From NCBI RefSeq assembly GCF_009914755.1, contig NC_060944.1: a DNA stretch of 64,000 nucleotides, one strand, 5' to 3'. Every line of letters begins with the position of its first letter. The stretch's first letter is position 1. Origin of the DNA: the human T2T-CHM13v2.0 reference genome, Homo sapiens. The notes beneath the pieces were generated by a model. The model did not search any database. It worked only from the letters and a program-made list of their open reading frames with translations, and was not told the DNA's origin. Below, one piece after another: positions 27,689-41,234 of the stretch. The position numbers and the translations under genes are program-made.

Positions 27689-30299
27689 GTAAGTGGCGTT
27701 CTCCCCTGTCCGCTCCCCGGGGGTCTCTCCCTGAGATTGGCCACTGGTGCCTTGGGTCTTCCCCAGGGCACTTTCCTAGCTTGGAGCCCCCACAGGACCA
27801 TGCGGTGGTGAGAGGTGCTGGGAGTGGTGAGAGGGGCAAGGGGCTCCATCTGGCTGCAGCTACCATTGGGGGTAGCAGGCTACAGGGATGAAGGGTTTGG
27901 GGGCTGCCCCAGAAGGCTAGGGGCAAGGGAAGCATCTTCTATTCTCTGGCTCTTCACAGAGGTCTGAGAAAGGTCTAAGTAAGGCAGGTCTCCCGCAGCT
28001 CCTCTGCGGGACGGAGGCGACAGGGCAGCCACATGCCTGTGGTTAGCCGCTTCTATCTGATGGCTTGTCATTCCTTCCTGCTGGCTGTTGTCCTGTGACT
28101 TGGCTCCAGGGACCCTAACGATCAGACTCTTTCACCCTTCCTGAAATCCACTCCCTGAGGGTCAGCACTCAGGGGGAGGGGGGACAGGGAGGAAAGAGCC
28201 ACTGCCTGTGCACTGGGAAACTGAGACACAGCCAGGCTAGGTGATTTGCCCAAGTCACACAGCCAGGGACAACCTGCCCTCCCCCAAAGGGAACTGGGCC
28301 ATGGCCTCCCTGGCACAGGAATCAGACCAGGATACTGATGGGGACTTGGGAGGCCCCCACCTCATTTAACCAACCAGGAAGCTGGCACCAGAGGGCTGAG
28401 GTGACCCGCTCAAGTCATATGACCCCCACCCAGCAGACAGGGACAGAAGGGGGCTGGAGCCTGGCCAAAGGGGCCCAGGTGGGGGCTGTGCAGCAGGACC
28501 ACTGACAAGAGGATGGCTCCAGAGCACCCAAGGGGTTCTTGGAGGGTTCTCACCTCCTCCTGGTGAGTCAGGATACTGAGGACTCAGTGATGCTGGGGGA
28601 CACTGTGTCGAGCTCCCAGGCCTGGCCTAGGGCGGACGCTGCGACTGAGCAGCCAAGGGGACACGGCAGGCTGGAGGAGGGGCCGGGGGCAGCTTCTGCT
28701 CTCACTGATGGGAACATGCCACCGCCACCAGCTCTGGGTAGTGCTCAGCGAACATGGAGCTGACCCATGGCTGGCAGAAGGCTGGGGACAGCATACCCGG
28801 CCCTGCCTCCCAGCTTGGGAGCCTTCTTAGCTCACGCAAGGAGCCCTCCACCTGCTTCCCAGCCTCACAGGGGCCTCTCCTCCTGGCCCTGTCCTGATGC
28901 AGTGCTGCCTGCCTGCTGCCATCCTGTGCCCTGCCCCTTCGTGTCTCCAAGGTCCAAGGGGGAAGCAGGGAAGAGAGGCAAGTTCACTCCAGAGAAGTGG
29001 CTCGTTCTCACACCTCAGAAAAGGCTCTCCTGGAGGGGACATGGAGCCAGCTGTCCTAGCGTGTCCTGGGATCTAATTAAACCTACTGACTGCTGAGGGG
29101 TTTCAGAGCTCTGCTCATCTCACGGAGCAGGCTAGGGACTATAACAGGGTGGCGTGGGAGCCGATGTGCTGGGCAGCTGGCAACGTCATTTTCCTGGGCG
29201 GTGTTCCCGGCCCCTCGCTGGTATGTAATGCTGCACCAAGCCTTTCCCTCCATTCTCAGCAGACCTGCTGTCAGCCACCAAACCCCAGAGAGAAGCTCCA
29301 GAGCCCACGTTCACACACACAGAGCGGGCCCCCAGCCTCAGTCCTACCATCCATGAAATGGGAAGATAACTGCACCCCGTCTCCGGCCCTGGGGAGGCTG
29401 AACAGAGGTGGCTCGGGGAAGGCACAGGCATGGAGGCACATGGGGCATGGGGTGCTCTCCGCCAGCCTCAGCCCCCTGCTCTGTCTAGTGCAGGCCCTTC
29501 TGCCGCTGTGCTGGTGACAGCCCCCAGCACCCTGCCCAGGCGCTGTGATCATTTCTGGTGCTTCCAGCAAGGGCCTTCAGTCTTCGGCTGTATAGGGAGG
29601 GTGCTGGGAGGCCCCCAGTCTAGCAGCAAAAAAGAGATGGGAACCTGGGCCCCAGACACAAGCATGCGTCCTGCCCCCACTCCACAACTCCTACAGCCCC
29701 TCCGCTGCCTCCTCTGAGAATAAATTACAGAGCCTTCCTCATGACTGAGGGGGGTAGGGGGCGGGGAAGCAACAGGGACCCCAAGGGTGGTGCCGTCTGA
29801 GCATCTGGCCTCTCTCCACACCCATGCACTGAACTGCACAGACCATAGCGCTGAGCCCCTCAGGGCACCTCTCCTCCCTGAGGCTTTCAGAACCTAGGAA
29901 ATTGCCACACTGGCTTCTGCCACCCTTTTGAAAAGGGCTGTTTCTTTCTCAATCTGATGGGCATCTCTTCTGGGAAGCTCTGCCAGGTGCCATGTCATCC
30001 TCTGCCCCCTCCACTCTAGCTGCAACGGCCCATCTGCCTGGACAGGGGCCCTGGGGTCAGGGAGCCATTTCAGCTTCCCTCTGCAAGGTGATGTCAGTCC
30101 TTACTTCCCAGTAGCAGAGAGACCACTTGCAGCCCGGGGACCTCCTGCCTCCTGGGGAGCACTGGGAGCTGCCGCAGGCTGAGCCACCGTCTACGTGGCA
30201 AGATTTGTTTTTCCCAATGGGGGCATTCATTTGCCCTGAGACCCCTGCTGTGGCCATGTGCATTTTGATATATTGATAATGATTACAGTTTTGCACATC

Positions 30300-30465
30300 A
30301 TTTATTGACAAGTGCTTCGTGTATGTTGCCTCATATATTCTCACTGTCGTCAGCATCCTCATTTTACAGGTGAGGACACGGAGGCTCAGAGAGGTTAGGC
30401 AGCTTGCCTGAGATCATACAGCCAGTGAGAAGCAGAGCTGGAATTCAAACTCCGGGTGTGTCCCA
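30300..30465 (-). mobile_element. MIR
   Basis: CATTTTACAGGTGAGGACACGGAGGCTCAGAGAGGTTAGG...CTGGAATTCAAAC. Confidence 0.8.
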
Positions 30466-31314
30466 GTGGGTTAAGGTCGGGACTGATCTGGTAGAGCTCA
30501 GTGTCCTGTCTGTGCCAGGGGCATGTGTGTGCCCTCAAAAGATAGACTCCGCCATTAGCCATCAGGCAGAGACCCAAGAGCACAGCGGGCAGGTGTGGCC
30601 CCAAGGACCCAGGCTCTCTGAATTTTGATGGTGTCATGTGAGAGGGCTTGGGGTGAAGCGTCTCCAGGTGGGCAGAGTGAACACCAGCACCTCTAAGCTG
30701 GACTTGCACCCCCCCAACACCCCAGTGCTCAGGCACAGCCATGCAGACCTTATGCTCTGGGTGATGGGGGCCGATGGGGCCCCTCTCAAAGGGTCTCCCC
30801 ACCCAGCTCAGTACTGGCCCATGGAAAGGGCACCCCCTGAGGTGACACAGGGAGGGACACCAGCAGGGACCATCTGCGTCCAGCTCTCGGCACCCAGGTC
30901 CCCATCTCAGGGATGGTTTCACAAGCAGGGGCTTCCCAACCTCCCGGCCACACCTAGAACACTCCTGAAAGAGGGAGGAGGTGGGCAATGCCAGCCCCCG
31001 CTGTGCCCACCCATTTTCCTACTAAAGGCAGGTGGGAAGGGTCTGCCTGGTGCCACCACAGCGATCCCTGCCCATGTTTTCTCTCTTCTCAGGTTGGCTT
31101 AGTGCCAGCTCTGCCACTGGGCCTATGCTCTGAGGACAGGAACGTACCCTGCCCAGGGCATGCCCAGCAGCTGTCAGAAACTGCAGCTCCCTGCTGCCTT
31201 GGGCAGAGGCCCTGGCAACTCCCCTGGCCTGGCAGCTTCACATCTGCACCCCATTGCACACTGGTCCTCGGGCACCCGGACAGGACTTTGCCCCATGCAC
31301 ACAGCCAGTCGATG

Positions 31315-31650
31315 CTCAGAAACACGGGGCTGCAGCAGAAAAGCAGGGTGATCGCAGGATCACCAGACAAGGAGATGGAGGAAACTCAAATCCATCTCCC
31401 CGAGGAGGCTGGGGCCCGGGTTTTTAAGGGTTCTGGAGCTCGATAGCTGGAAGGGGCAGCGTGATGTCACAGCACAGGGAGAGGAAGAAGCTGTATTTTC
31501 GTGATGATCCTGTTCCTCCGTGGGGGGTTTCCAAACTGGTTGCTGGAATTGGGATCTGAAAAACATCTTGGGCCAGCAGCAGCCTGATTCAAGCTTAATT
31601 ATGAGTATCTTTCTGTCCAGAACCTGGCATGCAATTCTTGTCAACCTTAG
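31315..31650 (-). mobile_element. Probable ERV1 (MER4-group-like) LTR fragment
   Basis: CTCAAATCCATCTCCCCGAGGAG...GTTTTTAAGGG and GATCTGAAAAACATCT resemble recalled ERV1 LTR sequence; family uncertain. Confidence 0.45.
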
Positions 31651-33399
31651 GGGACAGTTTCATTTGCCTTCCTGTGACCATGTGTCCTGGGGCCTGCTCA
31701 GCACCTGGTATCATCAGGCCCTGCCCGCCCCTGCCTCACCTCCAGCTTCTACGTCTGGAAGCTCCCTACCTGTCTCAGGCATGGCCCACCTCCCCTCCCA
31801 CCCCGCATTAGAAGCAGTGGTGGGCTGGGGTCAGGCTGCCCCGGCAGGCTCCTGGTGCGAGCCTCGCACATGGCAGGTCCCCCATTCCCCTCGAGCAGGC
31901 CTGGCCTGCCCCAGGCATTGTTTCTATACAGACGGATTTTATGTGCCTTTTGTTTCTTCTCACAAGCCTGACGGTCCGTGGGTTCTTTCCGTTGACGTCA
32001 TCGCGGCCATCACCACCATCACCCTCTGCACCCAGCAGCAGCCTCCAGCGGGGTCTCCCCAACTCTTCCCAGCACGTAGCTCCCTCCTCCCCTAGGCCAG
32101 TTCAGCCACCTTGCAGCTGCTCCCCCATCCCCTGCCCCTCTGCTCACCCATTTTACCCTCAGGTTGGTGTCCTCTCCTGTGCCCCAGGCCTGCTCTGCCT
32201 CCCCACCACTGTGGGCGGGGCCTGTCTTAGAGTCCACCCTGCATCTCCCCTAGCACCTGCCAAACAGTCCGTCTTGAATGAGGAAAAAGTGAGAGTGGTG
32301 TTTCGAATTAGTCACACCTGGGTTTAGCCCCCCACCCTGCACTCCAAGCTCTTGGTCTCCTCGCCTGCAGAATGGGCACACATGAGAAGAAACAGCATCG
32401 CAGGGCCCTCCAGACAGAGCAGGCAGAGGAGGAGAGCACCCATTCTCCCGCTCCCTGCCTTCAGTTGCACGGAGCAAACCCAGAGCCCCCTCCCTGGGGG
32501 GTCCTCTTCACAGTTCCTTGACTCCATCGGAGGCTCTCAAAGAGCTGCATTCGCTCACCACCTGCTGGACCGCTTGTTTTCTTCCCTGAAGATGAGTGGC
32601 CTCTTTGGGGTGTTAATTCTTAATGATCAACATTTCCTTGTTAATTTCTCTAAACAAATCATCCTAAAAATAGGTTTGACTTTTAAACAATTTTAAATTA
32701 AAAACTGAGCTTTTAATATCTGTTTAGACAACTGTAAGACAGTGAAAGGTTTATTGACTTGAAGCCTACATTTTAGGAAACATGTAGTTAAATAAAAAAT
32801 ACCAATTTCAGTATTTTTCATAACCTTTTTGTAACTTTACCACAATCTTTTAGGAACTAACGTCATGAGCTTGGAAGGGAAATTTATTTGAAGTTCAGCG
32901 TAAACTGAGTTTCACTTCATTTTTAAAATTCTGTTAATCTCAAGCAAAAGTAAATACATTTTATTTTTTAAAAAAGTTAATAGTGGTTAGCTTTAAGATA
33001 TTAAAAATAATTATTTTTTGTTATGCTCCTCTGTATTTTTCAAATTTCTACCAAAAATAGGTAAGTTTATAGTCAGAAAAAGCCATAAAATGTAGTTTTT
33101 ACAAAGAAAACAATGGACAGCCATATTAATGTAATGTGAGGAAAGAAAGCAAAACAACAACAACAACAAAAAAAAAAACGCTAATCTGACAGCAAAAATA
33201 CACTGAACACATGCTACCCCTTCCACACACGTGTCTCTTTCTCTGCTGTTCAGATGACAGTGATGAGCTGAAACCAAGCTGGTTTCCAGAACAGTTTTTT
33301 GTTTTAACTAAAAGCCACATTCAACTTCCTGTCATCAACAAGCACAAGGACCAGAAGGAGCTGCCTTTGGCTCTGGGGACCCCTCCTTCCTGATGGTAA

Positions 33400-33851
<452 letters not shown>

Positions 33852-35099
33852 CTAAAGTCTTCTTAAGCAAAGGCTGCAGCAGTTTCAGGGGGGATGTGTG
33901 TGACACTAATTAGTGTGAAGGACAGTCCCAGGGCATGCCAGCGCAGGACACAGCTATCCACCAGCACACAGGACCAGCACGTGGCCAGCATTCTCTATGG
34001 GGTGGGGCACCAGCACTGCGCTGCTTTTTTGGGATGGAAGGCCAGGCTCCCTGGGCTGCTAAAGCACAAGGGAGGCACAGTCATCCAAAGCCCAGCCATG
34101 AAGCTCACCTTCTGGCCCAGAACCAACCACGGGACAGCCATTTGCCAGGTGGCCTCCCTTCACAATGGAGACTCTTTACCGGGATGGGGCGACAATCCCA
34201 AGGCCACAGAACTTCCAGTCCCATGCTTCTCTGCCCACTCCCGGCGCTGCACCACCCAGCCTGGGGGTGCCACGTGGTGACCAGAAACCTCGTCATCCTG
34301 TCTACCCTTGGTGGGGTCTGGTGTGCACCCACAGACATCCAGGACCCAGGAAAGGCCTCTTGCAGACCTCACACAGCAGTGGGAATGGCCTCCTCTGGGG
34401 CCCTCGCTCTGAGTTGACACTGACGTCCTGGCAAGGCCTCCCTGCAGTGCCCAGCTATGAAGCCTGTCCCCTCCCATTCCCCAATCACCCTGCCCTCAAC
34501 ACCCTGGGGCCCAGCTTTCCATCCAGTCCATAGCAGGCACAAAGACGCACGTCCTGCAGCCTCAGGCACAGATACTAGGGGACATGACTGTGGGGGAGGC
34601 CCCCGATGCTGCTTCCCCATCTTTTATCCAAATATAGCCCTCCTTGGTACAGGAAGGGCAGGCCTCCCCGACCCCAACGAAGCTTGGGGACACAGTGCAC
34701 TGTCACTCATAGGAGTGAAAAAGACTGTCCCTGGAAAGTCAGGAGGCAGCGCAGGGGTACCAAGTGCTGCAGGCTGCCAGGAGGGGTGCCCTCCTGGGGG
34801 CTGGGCCTGAGACTGAGAGCCAGGCGGGCAAAAGGTCTTGAGACGAGGACGGCGCCATCTCCTTCCGGTGGGAGGCACTACCTCCATCTACCGCCCAGAG
34901 GGCCAGGCTGGGGTTGACTTTCCCTACATCCTAAGGCTACATCCCGTACTGAGGATCTCACCTGTGGGACATGTTCCGCTTTTAACACTTACGTTGGAAA
35001 TAACCCTGGGTTCTGAAAGTGGGGGACAGGTTCATTGCACCCCCTGGCACCTGGTCCTCAGCTCTGAAAATGGAGCAATAAATGCACTGCAGGGGTGTC

Positions 35100-35446
35100 G
35101 GGGGGGACAGGTGAGGGGGCAGGTGAGGGGGGCAGGTGAGGGGAGCAGGTGAGAGGGGGCAGGTGAGGGAGAACAGGTGAGGGGGGCAGGTGAGGGGGCA
35201 GGTGAGGAGGGGGCAGGTGAGGGAGAACAGGTGGGGGGCAGGTGAGGGGGCAGGTAAGAGAGAACATGTTAGGGAGTACAGGTGGGTGGACAGGCGAGGG
35301 GGGCAGGTGAGGAGGGACAGGTGAAGGGGGGAAGGTGACAGGGGGCAGGTGGGGGGGCAGGTGAGGGGTGGGTAGGGTGGGGGCAGGTAAGCAGGGACAG
35401 GTGACAGGGGTAGGTAAGAGGGGGAGCAGGTGAGGGGTGGGTAGGG
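35100..35446 (+). repeat. G-rich minisatellite, 12-15-bp unit GGGGGCAGGTGA
   Basis: Seen directly, in CST7 intron 1. Confidence 0.95.
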
Positions 35447-35559
35447 CCAGGACACACACGCCAGCAGAGAACTGAGCATCACAGAGGCATGAGGCGTGAC
35501 ACCTGGACTGAAGGCCCCACTAACATCAGTGTTCTTGTCTGGCTCTTTGTCTCTTTCAG

Positions 35560-35732
35560 ATACTTGTTCCCAGGACCTTAACTCACGTGTGAAGCCAGGA
35601 TTTCCTAAAACAATAAAGACCAATGACCCAGGAGTCCTCCAAGCAGCCAGATACAGTGTTGAAAAGTTCAACAACTGCACGAACGACATGTTCTTGTTCA
35701 AGGAGTCCCGCATCACAAGGGCCCTAGTTCAG
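35560..35732 (+). CDS. CST7: Cystatin F exon 2
   Basis: Acceptor CTCTTTCAG|; (D)TCSQDLNSRVKPGFPK...FNNCTND...RALVQ; donor |GTAACG; 173 nt, phase consistent. Confidence 0.97.
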
Positions 35733-37200
35733 GTAACGGTCTGGGTTCTGGTCACATATCACGGACACCCCTAGGAAGCCGAGCTGCTACAACGCGACAC
35801 CTAGGAGAGCAGGGCGGATATAATGTGAAGTCCCTGCTGAGTGCAGAGCTCTGAGCAGAAAGCAGATGCACAAGGGGTGGGAGTGGACAGCAGCAGCTGA
35901 GGGCAGCATCCCCCAGGGCCAAGCGCAAAGGTTACACAAAGCACACGGCTCCTGGGTGGTTACCAGGCCCCTGGCCCAGAGCCTACTAGGCATGGGGTAA
36001 GGAGGTGCCAGGGCCCTAATGGGGCTCCTGAGGCAGGCGCCAAGGCTGATGGGGGAGAAAGCCGCTGTCCGAGGAGCTGCCCCTGCTGGGACCAGGGTCC
36101 TCACCCGGCCTCACCCCTCACGTGCCCTGCAGCCCAGAGGTGTCTTTGCCACTTTCCCCCTGGAGTGCTCACTCACATCCCAGAGTCCAAGAGCTCTGCC
36201 CAAGCCACTGCCCTTTCCCTGACTCATTCCTACTGCGCCCGCTCAGCACCCTCCCTCCTAGAGGACCCTTGTCTGTGTCCTGAGAACACCCACTTGCTAA
36301 TGTGGGATGCAGGCTGTGGATGACACCCACCACCGTGTGCTGGTGCCTGTAAGGGGCAGAAGCAGCCCTGTCCAAGGCAGTCTTCACAGTGTTCATGGTT
36401 ATGCTGGGTCACAGGGAGGGGTGATTTTTATAACCTAATTATTTTTGACAATTGCAAACTTGTGAAGGGCAGCATGTTTTCATATGAGAATCGTGGGTGT
36501 GTAGCCAGGGTCCTCGCTCTGCAGCCTGGCCTCAGGGACAGGGGATCTTCCCTGGGTGATGCAGGCCCTACCTCCTTCTCCGGGTAGGCCAGTGGGATGC
36601 CCTGGTTCTGAGTCCTTGGGGTTCTCTGGGAGGGGACTTGGAGGTTGTCTCTCTCTAGCTTGGTGATATTGGGGACAACGTAATTCCCCTAAAGCTGAGA
36701 CTAAAACCTGAGGAATTTTTCTTCAACTCCTCTAAGACCACAAATGAGAATGAACAAGGCGGCTGCCATATCCAAGTGGAGAAGGGCTGTCCAGAAACTC
36801 AAAACTCCCGACCCCAGGAATGGAGAGGGGAAGCCCGCAGACCCCAGGCCTGACACAGAGGCCACAAGAAACAGCCATCATGGGGCTGGAGTGAGGGCTG
36901 CAGGGCGGGCCCAGCAGGGCATGCAGGAGACCTAGTGTGACGTCCCTCCTGAGTGCAGAGCTCTGGCCAGAAAGGAGACATCTGTCTCAGGAAGGGGCAC
37001 AAACCCAGCACGGGGCAGGGAGGGGAGTGGGAGGGGTCTGCAGGCTCTGCCGTAAGCCCGAAGCATTGCCCCAAGATGCTGGCCCACTTCCCTTCTCCTC
37101 GGTGGGCACCTGCACCACTGTCTTGAGGCCCTGCTTCCTAGTGGAGAAGCCTGCCCTCCCTCCCCTGTGCCCAGTAACCCAGTCCCTTTGCTCCCTCCAG

Positions 37201-37317
37201 ATAGTGAAAGGCCTGAAATATATGCTGGAGGTGGAAATTGGCAGAACTACCTGCAAGAAAAACCAGCACCTGCGTCTGGATGACTGTGACTTCCAAACCA
37301 ACCACACCTTGAAGCAG
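37201..37317 (+). CDS. CST7: Cystatin F exon 3
   Basis: IVKGLKYMLEVEIGRTTCKK...CDFQTNHTLKQ, completing the cystatin QxVxG motif (QIVKG); AG/GT boundaries; 117 nt. Confidence 0.97.
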
Positions 37318-37907
37318 GTAAAGCAGCAGGCCCTTCTCTCAGATGTGCCCTCTCTTCCCCAGCCCACTCCCTCCCAGGACTGTGAAAAACACCGTCACCA
37401 TGTCTCTAACGCAGCGCCCCAAACCTCACCCCTGAGGAAGCCAGGCCTCCCAGACTCCCGCACGACTGAGGATCCGGGAGAACAGGAGGTAGAGCCTGTG
37501 CCAGGAGCTCCTCAGATGACATCCTCCCGTCCCAGAGGCGGAGACACAGCTCTGGAAGAGCGTCCTGGGGTGCGAGTGGAGAGGGTTAGAGTAAGAAAAG
37601 CTTTCAAACAATCCAGAAATTATATATGTATCATATACATACATATGATATGTATCATATGTATATCATATATAGCATATCTCTGCAGAGAGAGCAAGAG
37701 AACGGGAACACAGCAACATTTAGCAATTACAGAGGTGAAAAGCACATTTTCTTAAATCGTTCTTTCAAGTTTTCTGTAGGTTTGAAATTTTTCAAAATGA
37801 AAAATAGGGGCAGGAGAAGAGCTCCTCCATGAGGACCACCCCTCCACGGGCAGAGGGCTCCCCGCAGGGAAAGTCTAAGCTCTCAGGTGTGCCCTTCTCT
37901 GTTTCAG

Positions 37908-37985
37908 ACTCTGAGCTGCTACTCTGAAGTCTGGGTCGTGCCCTGGCTCCAGCACTTCGAGGTGCCTGTTCTCCGTTGTCACTGA
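37908..37985 (+). CDS. CST7: Cystatin F exon 4 (coding part)
   Basis: TLSCYSEVWVVPWLQHFEVPVLRCH*; PW motif; spliced total 145 aa. Confidence 0.97.
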   Translation, partial: TLSCYSEVWVVPWLQHFEVPVLRCH

Positions 37986-38169
37986 CCCCCGCCTCTTCAG
38001 CAAGACCACAGCCATGACAAACACCAGGATGCATGCTCCTTGTCCCCTCCCACCCGCCTCATGACCCAGCCTCACAGACCCTCTCAGGCCTCTGACGAGT
38101 GAGCGGGTGAAGTGCCACTGGGTCACCGCAGGGCAGCTGGAATGGCAGCATGGTAGCACCTCCTAACAG

Positions 38170-38175
38170 ATTAAA
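38170..38175 (+). terminator. CST7: CST7 polyadenylation signal (ATTAAA)
   Basis: First hexamer match, 185 nt after the stop codon. Confidence 0.75.
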
Positions 38176-39807
38176 TAGATCACATTTGCTTCTAAAATTA
38201 ACTCCTGTTTCTGAGGCTTCACACCTAGATTCCGGGTCTGGGTGCAGGGGACTGAGTCAATGGAGGGAGTTGTGAAACTAAGGGATGATCCCCTGTGGCT
38301 ACAGGCCCCCAGGAGAGCAGGGGTACAGCTCTGGGTCTGAATAATCAGCAGAGATGTGGGTGGGGACACTGTTGGCCACTGGGCGCCTTGGCCGGTTGTG
38401 ATGAACACAACTGGGAATCAAGATGAACAGCCAGCAGCAGCCATGCCGGCCCTTTTAGGGGAGAGTCGGGAGGTGAGGCAAGCCTTACCAGGGATCTCCC
38501 TTACCAAGGGGTCTGACAAGTTGAAGTTACTTCCTCTGGGGGGCTGGCCAGCCTGAGCTGCTAGCTATAACCCCCCGAAGGCCAAAGCCCCAGAACAGGT
38601 GAGCTGTCCGCACCAGGAGGAGCAGGGCCACAACTGTGCCTCCCTGAGTTTCAGGCCTCCCAGGGACTTGCCCTGCTGCCTGAGTGGGGGCAGAGCAGCA
38701 GACCGCTCCCCAGAGCCCTCCAGAGAGGACGCCCCACTGAAGATGACTCTGTTGGGGGTGCACGAGGAGGGAGAGGCCACCGAGGGCTGGAGGGCACCAG
38801 GATTGGAAGAAGACTGGAAGAAGTGCCAGACTGGGCTACCTTGAGCCCTGGGCGCCCCAGAGGACTCTGCTGTGCAGCCAAGGCTCGAGTCAGTGCCCTG
38901 CCATGATCCACAGGCTGCAGGGGCCACTGCCCAGTCAGGCACTGTCACCCTTGCTCCCAGCTTCACCTGCGCTTTCTCCAGTCACATCCCCGGGAGGCTG
39001 GCTCGGCTGTGCCAGCTCTGACTCTGGCAGTCACTAACCTAACCCCTTGGAGCCTCAGTTCCCATTGGTGCAATGAGGCCATGTCTTCTGGAATCATTAA
39101 GAGTCAGCATATGTGAACAACTTTCAGAACTACAGGCCACTCTGCAAGTGTAGTAAGCTGATGATAAAAATCTCAAACTGATATCTCTGTCCTATGAAAC
39201 GTAATAGCTGAATCTTGATGGAGTTTCTGTAAGGGATAACAGAGGCACATAATGAGTCACCTGATTAAGAGCATGTTAGTAATTCAGGTTAGAACGAATC
39301 CCTTTTATGTTTACAGCAAAAGCTATCACATATTTAAACCTAATAAGAAGACTCTATTTCACACCTCACCATGTCAAATTACCAGATAAAACACAGGAAA
39401 TGACACTTGGAGACAGAAAATCAACAGCTAAGTCAACATCAAGACTCCATTGCTAAAAACTGTGAAAACCAGTTTGCCAGCTTCTCTATATTTGTGAAAA
39501 TTAAGCACTGAAAGCAAAGCTCTCTGTTCTCAATTTAAAAAGGGAATCTACCTATAAGCCCAGCACATTTAAATTGTTTGTATGACAGAATGATTAGGTA
39601 TTATTTTCTTTGTATACTTGACATACAAGGCACATCATTTATTACTAAAAGTATTTCTAATGACCACTAATTTTCTTTCCTATAGTCACACAAAAAACTT
39701 TGAGTTGTTTATCTGACACAATGTGGGTCACACCAATTAGACAGAAGCCAATCTTTGCCTCTGTCCTACTGGTGCTGCCTCCAGGAGCCAGCCTTGAGAA
39801 GCGGGGA

Positions 39808-40682
39808 CACTCCCGACTCTCTACCCCCAACACGGGGCCTGACCAGCCCTGGGGGAATTAACCATCAGACTCCCAACTCTCTTCCCCCAATATGGGGCCT
39901 GACCAGCACTGGCGGAATTAACCATCAGACTCCCAACTCTCTTCCCCCAATATGGGGCCTGGCCAGCGCTGGAGGAATTGACCATCAGAATCCCAACTCT
40001 CTTCCCACAACACGGGGCCTGACCAGCGCTGGGAGAAATTAACCATCAGACCCCCGACTCTCTTCCCAACACGGGGCTTGGCCAGAGCTGGGGGAATTAA
40101 CTATTGGACTCCCAACTCTCTTCCCCTAACATGAGGCCTGGCCAGCGCTGGGAGAATTAAACATCAGACTCCCGACTCTCTTCCCCTAACATGGGGCCTG
40201 ACCAGCACTGGGGGAATTAACCAACAGACTCCCGACTCTCTTCCCCTAACATGAGGCCTGGCCAGAGCTGGGGGAATTAACTGTCAGACCCCCGACTCTC
40301 TTCTCCCGACACGGGGCATGACCAGCGCTGGGGGGAATTAACCATCAGACTCCCGACTCTCTTCCCAACATGGGGCTTGGCCAGAGCTGGGGGAATTTAC
40401 TATCGGACTCCCGACTCTCTTCCCCTAACATGAGGCCTGGCCAGCGCTGGGAGAATTAAACATCAGACTCCCGACTCTCTTCCCCCAACATGGGGCCTGA
40501 CTAGCACTGGGGGAATTAACCATCAGACTCCCGACTCTCTTCCCCCAACAAGGGGCCTGACCAGAGCTGGGGGAATCAACTACCAGACTTCCGACTCTCT
40601 TCCCCCAACATGGGGCCTGACCAGCACTGGGGGAATTAACCATCAGACTCCCAACTCTCTTCCCCCAACAGGGCCTGGCCAC
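39808..40682. repeat. Minisatellite, ~60-bp unit, ~14.5 copies
   Basis: Unit GACTCCCGACTCTCTTCCCCCAACATGGGGCCTGACCAGCACTGGGGGAATTAACCATCA. Confidence 0.97.
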
Positions 40683-41228
40683 CACTCAGGGGAAAGGAGG
40701 ACACAGGAGTCCAAGGCCAGCCAGTGCACACAGATGGTCCCAATGTTACCACAGCTATCAGTTCTCTGAATTTTTGTATCATTACATATTTATCTGATTT
40801 TTTTCTGACTTTGATATCTATTTAAAATACTGTCTGTGAAGTTATTCCAAACATCTTTGGAGACACAATCTCTTGTTACTCTCACAAATACCCAGGAAAG
40901 AAAGGAACAGATGTCAGCCCCATTTCGTAGGCTGGAAAACAGGAGGGAAGTGTAATATCAACTTACGCCAGAGGGAGTCGGCATCAAGAGCAGATGGTCT
41001 AAGGTCGCCTGCTCCTTGCCTGAAGACGGCTGCCTGAGAGAAGTCCCACAGCTTCCCTCCTGAGCTAGTCGGATGGACTGTTTGGCCTTAAAACATCATC
41101 CTCACCAAGACAATCCTTACATTGACACCTGATGGAATTAAATTTCAGTACTGTTAATTAAAGTAGAGAAGAAACTCCCAGGCCACACCATCAAAAAAGG
41201 TTAATCAGCAGAAGTCGATTTATCGTTA

Positions 41229-41234
41229 TTTATT
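41229..41234 (-). terminator. APMAP: APMAP polyadenylation signal (AATAAA)
   Basis: TTTATT on the + strand, ~850 nt after the stop codon. Confidence 0.75.

Noticed and set aside
32560-33180. AT-rich island in GC-rich CST7 intron 1, possibly a DNA-transposon remnant
   Set aside because: No terminal repeats or family could be identified by eye.
34982-35716. 244-aa and 133-aa Pro-rich minus-strand ORFs
   Set aside because: Translation of the C-rich strand of the G-rich minisatellite plus the antisense of CST7 exon 2.
36937-37755. 272-aa ORF
   Set aside because: CST7 exon 3 plus open intronic flanks; canonical splice sites delimit only 37201-37317.
39808-40682. CRISPR-like periodic array with palindromic parts
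   Set aside because: Whole units repeat with no unique spacers, there are no cas genes, and the context is a mammalian genome.
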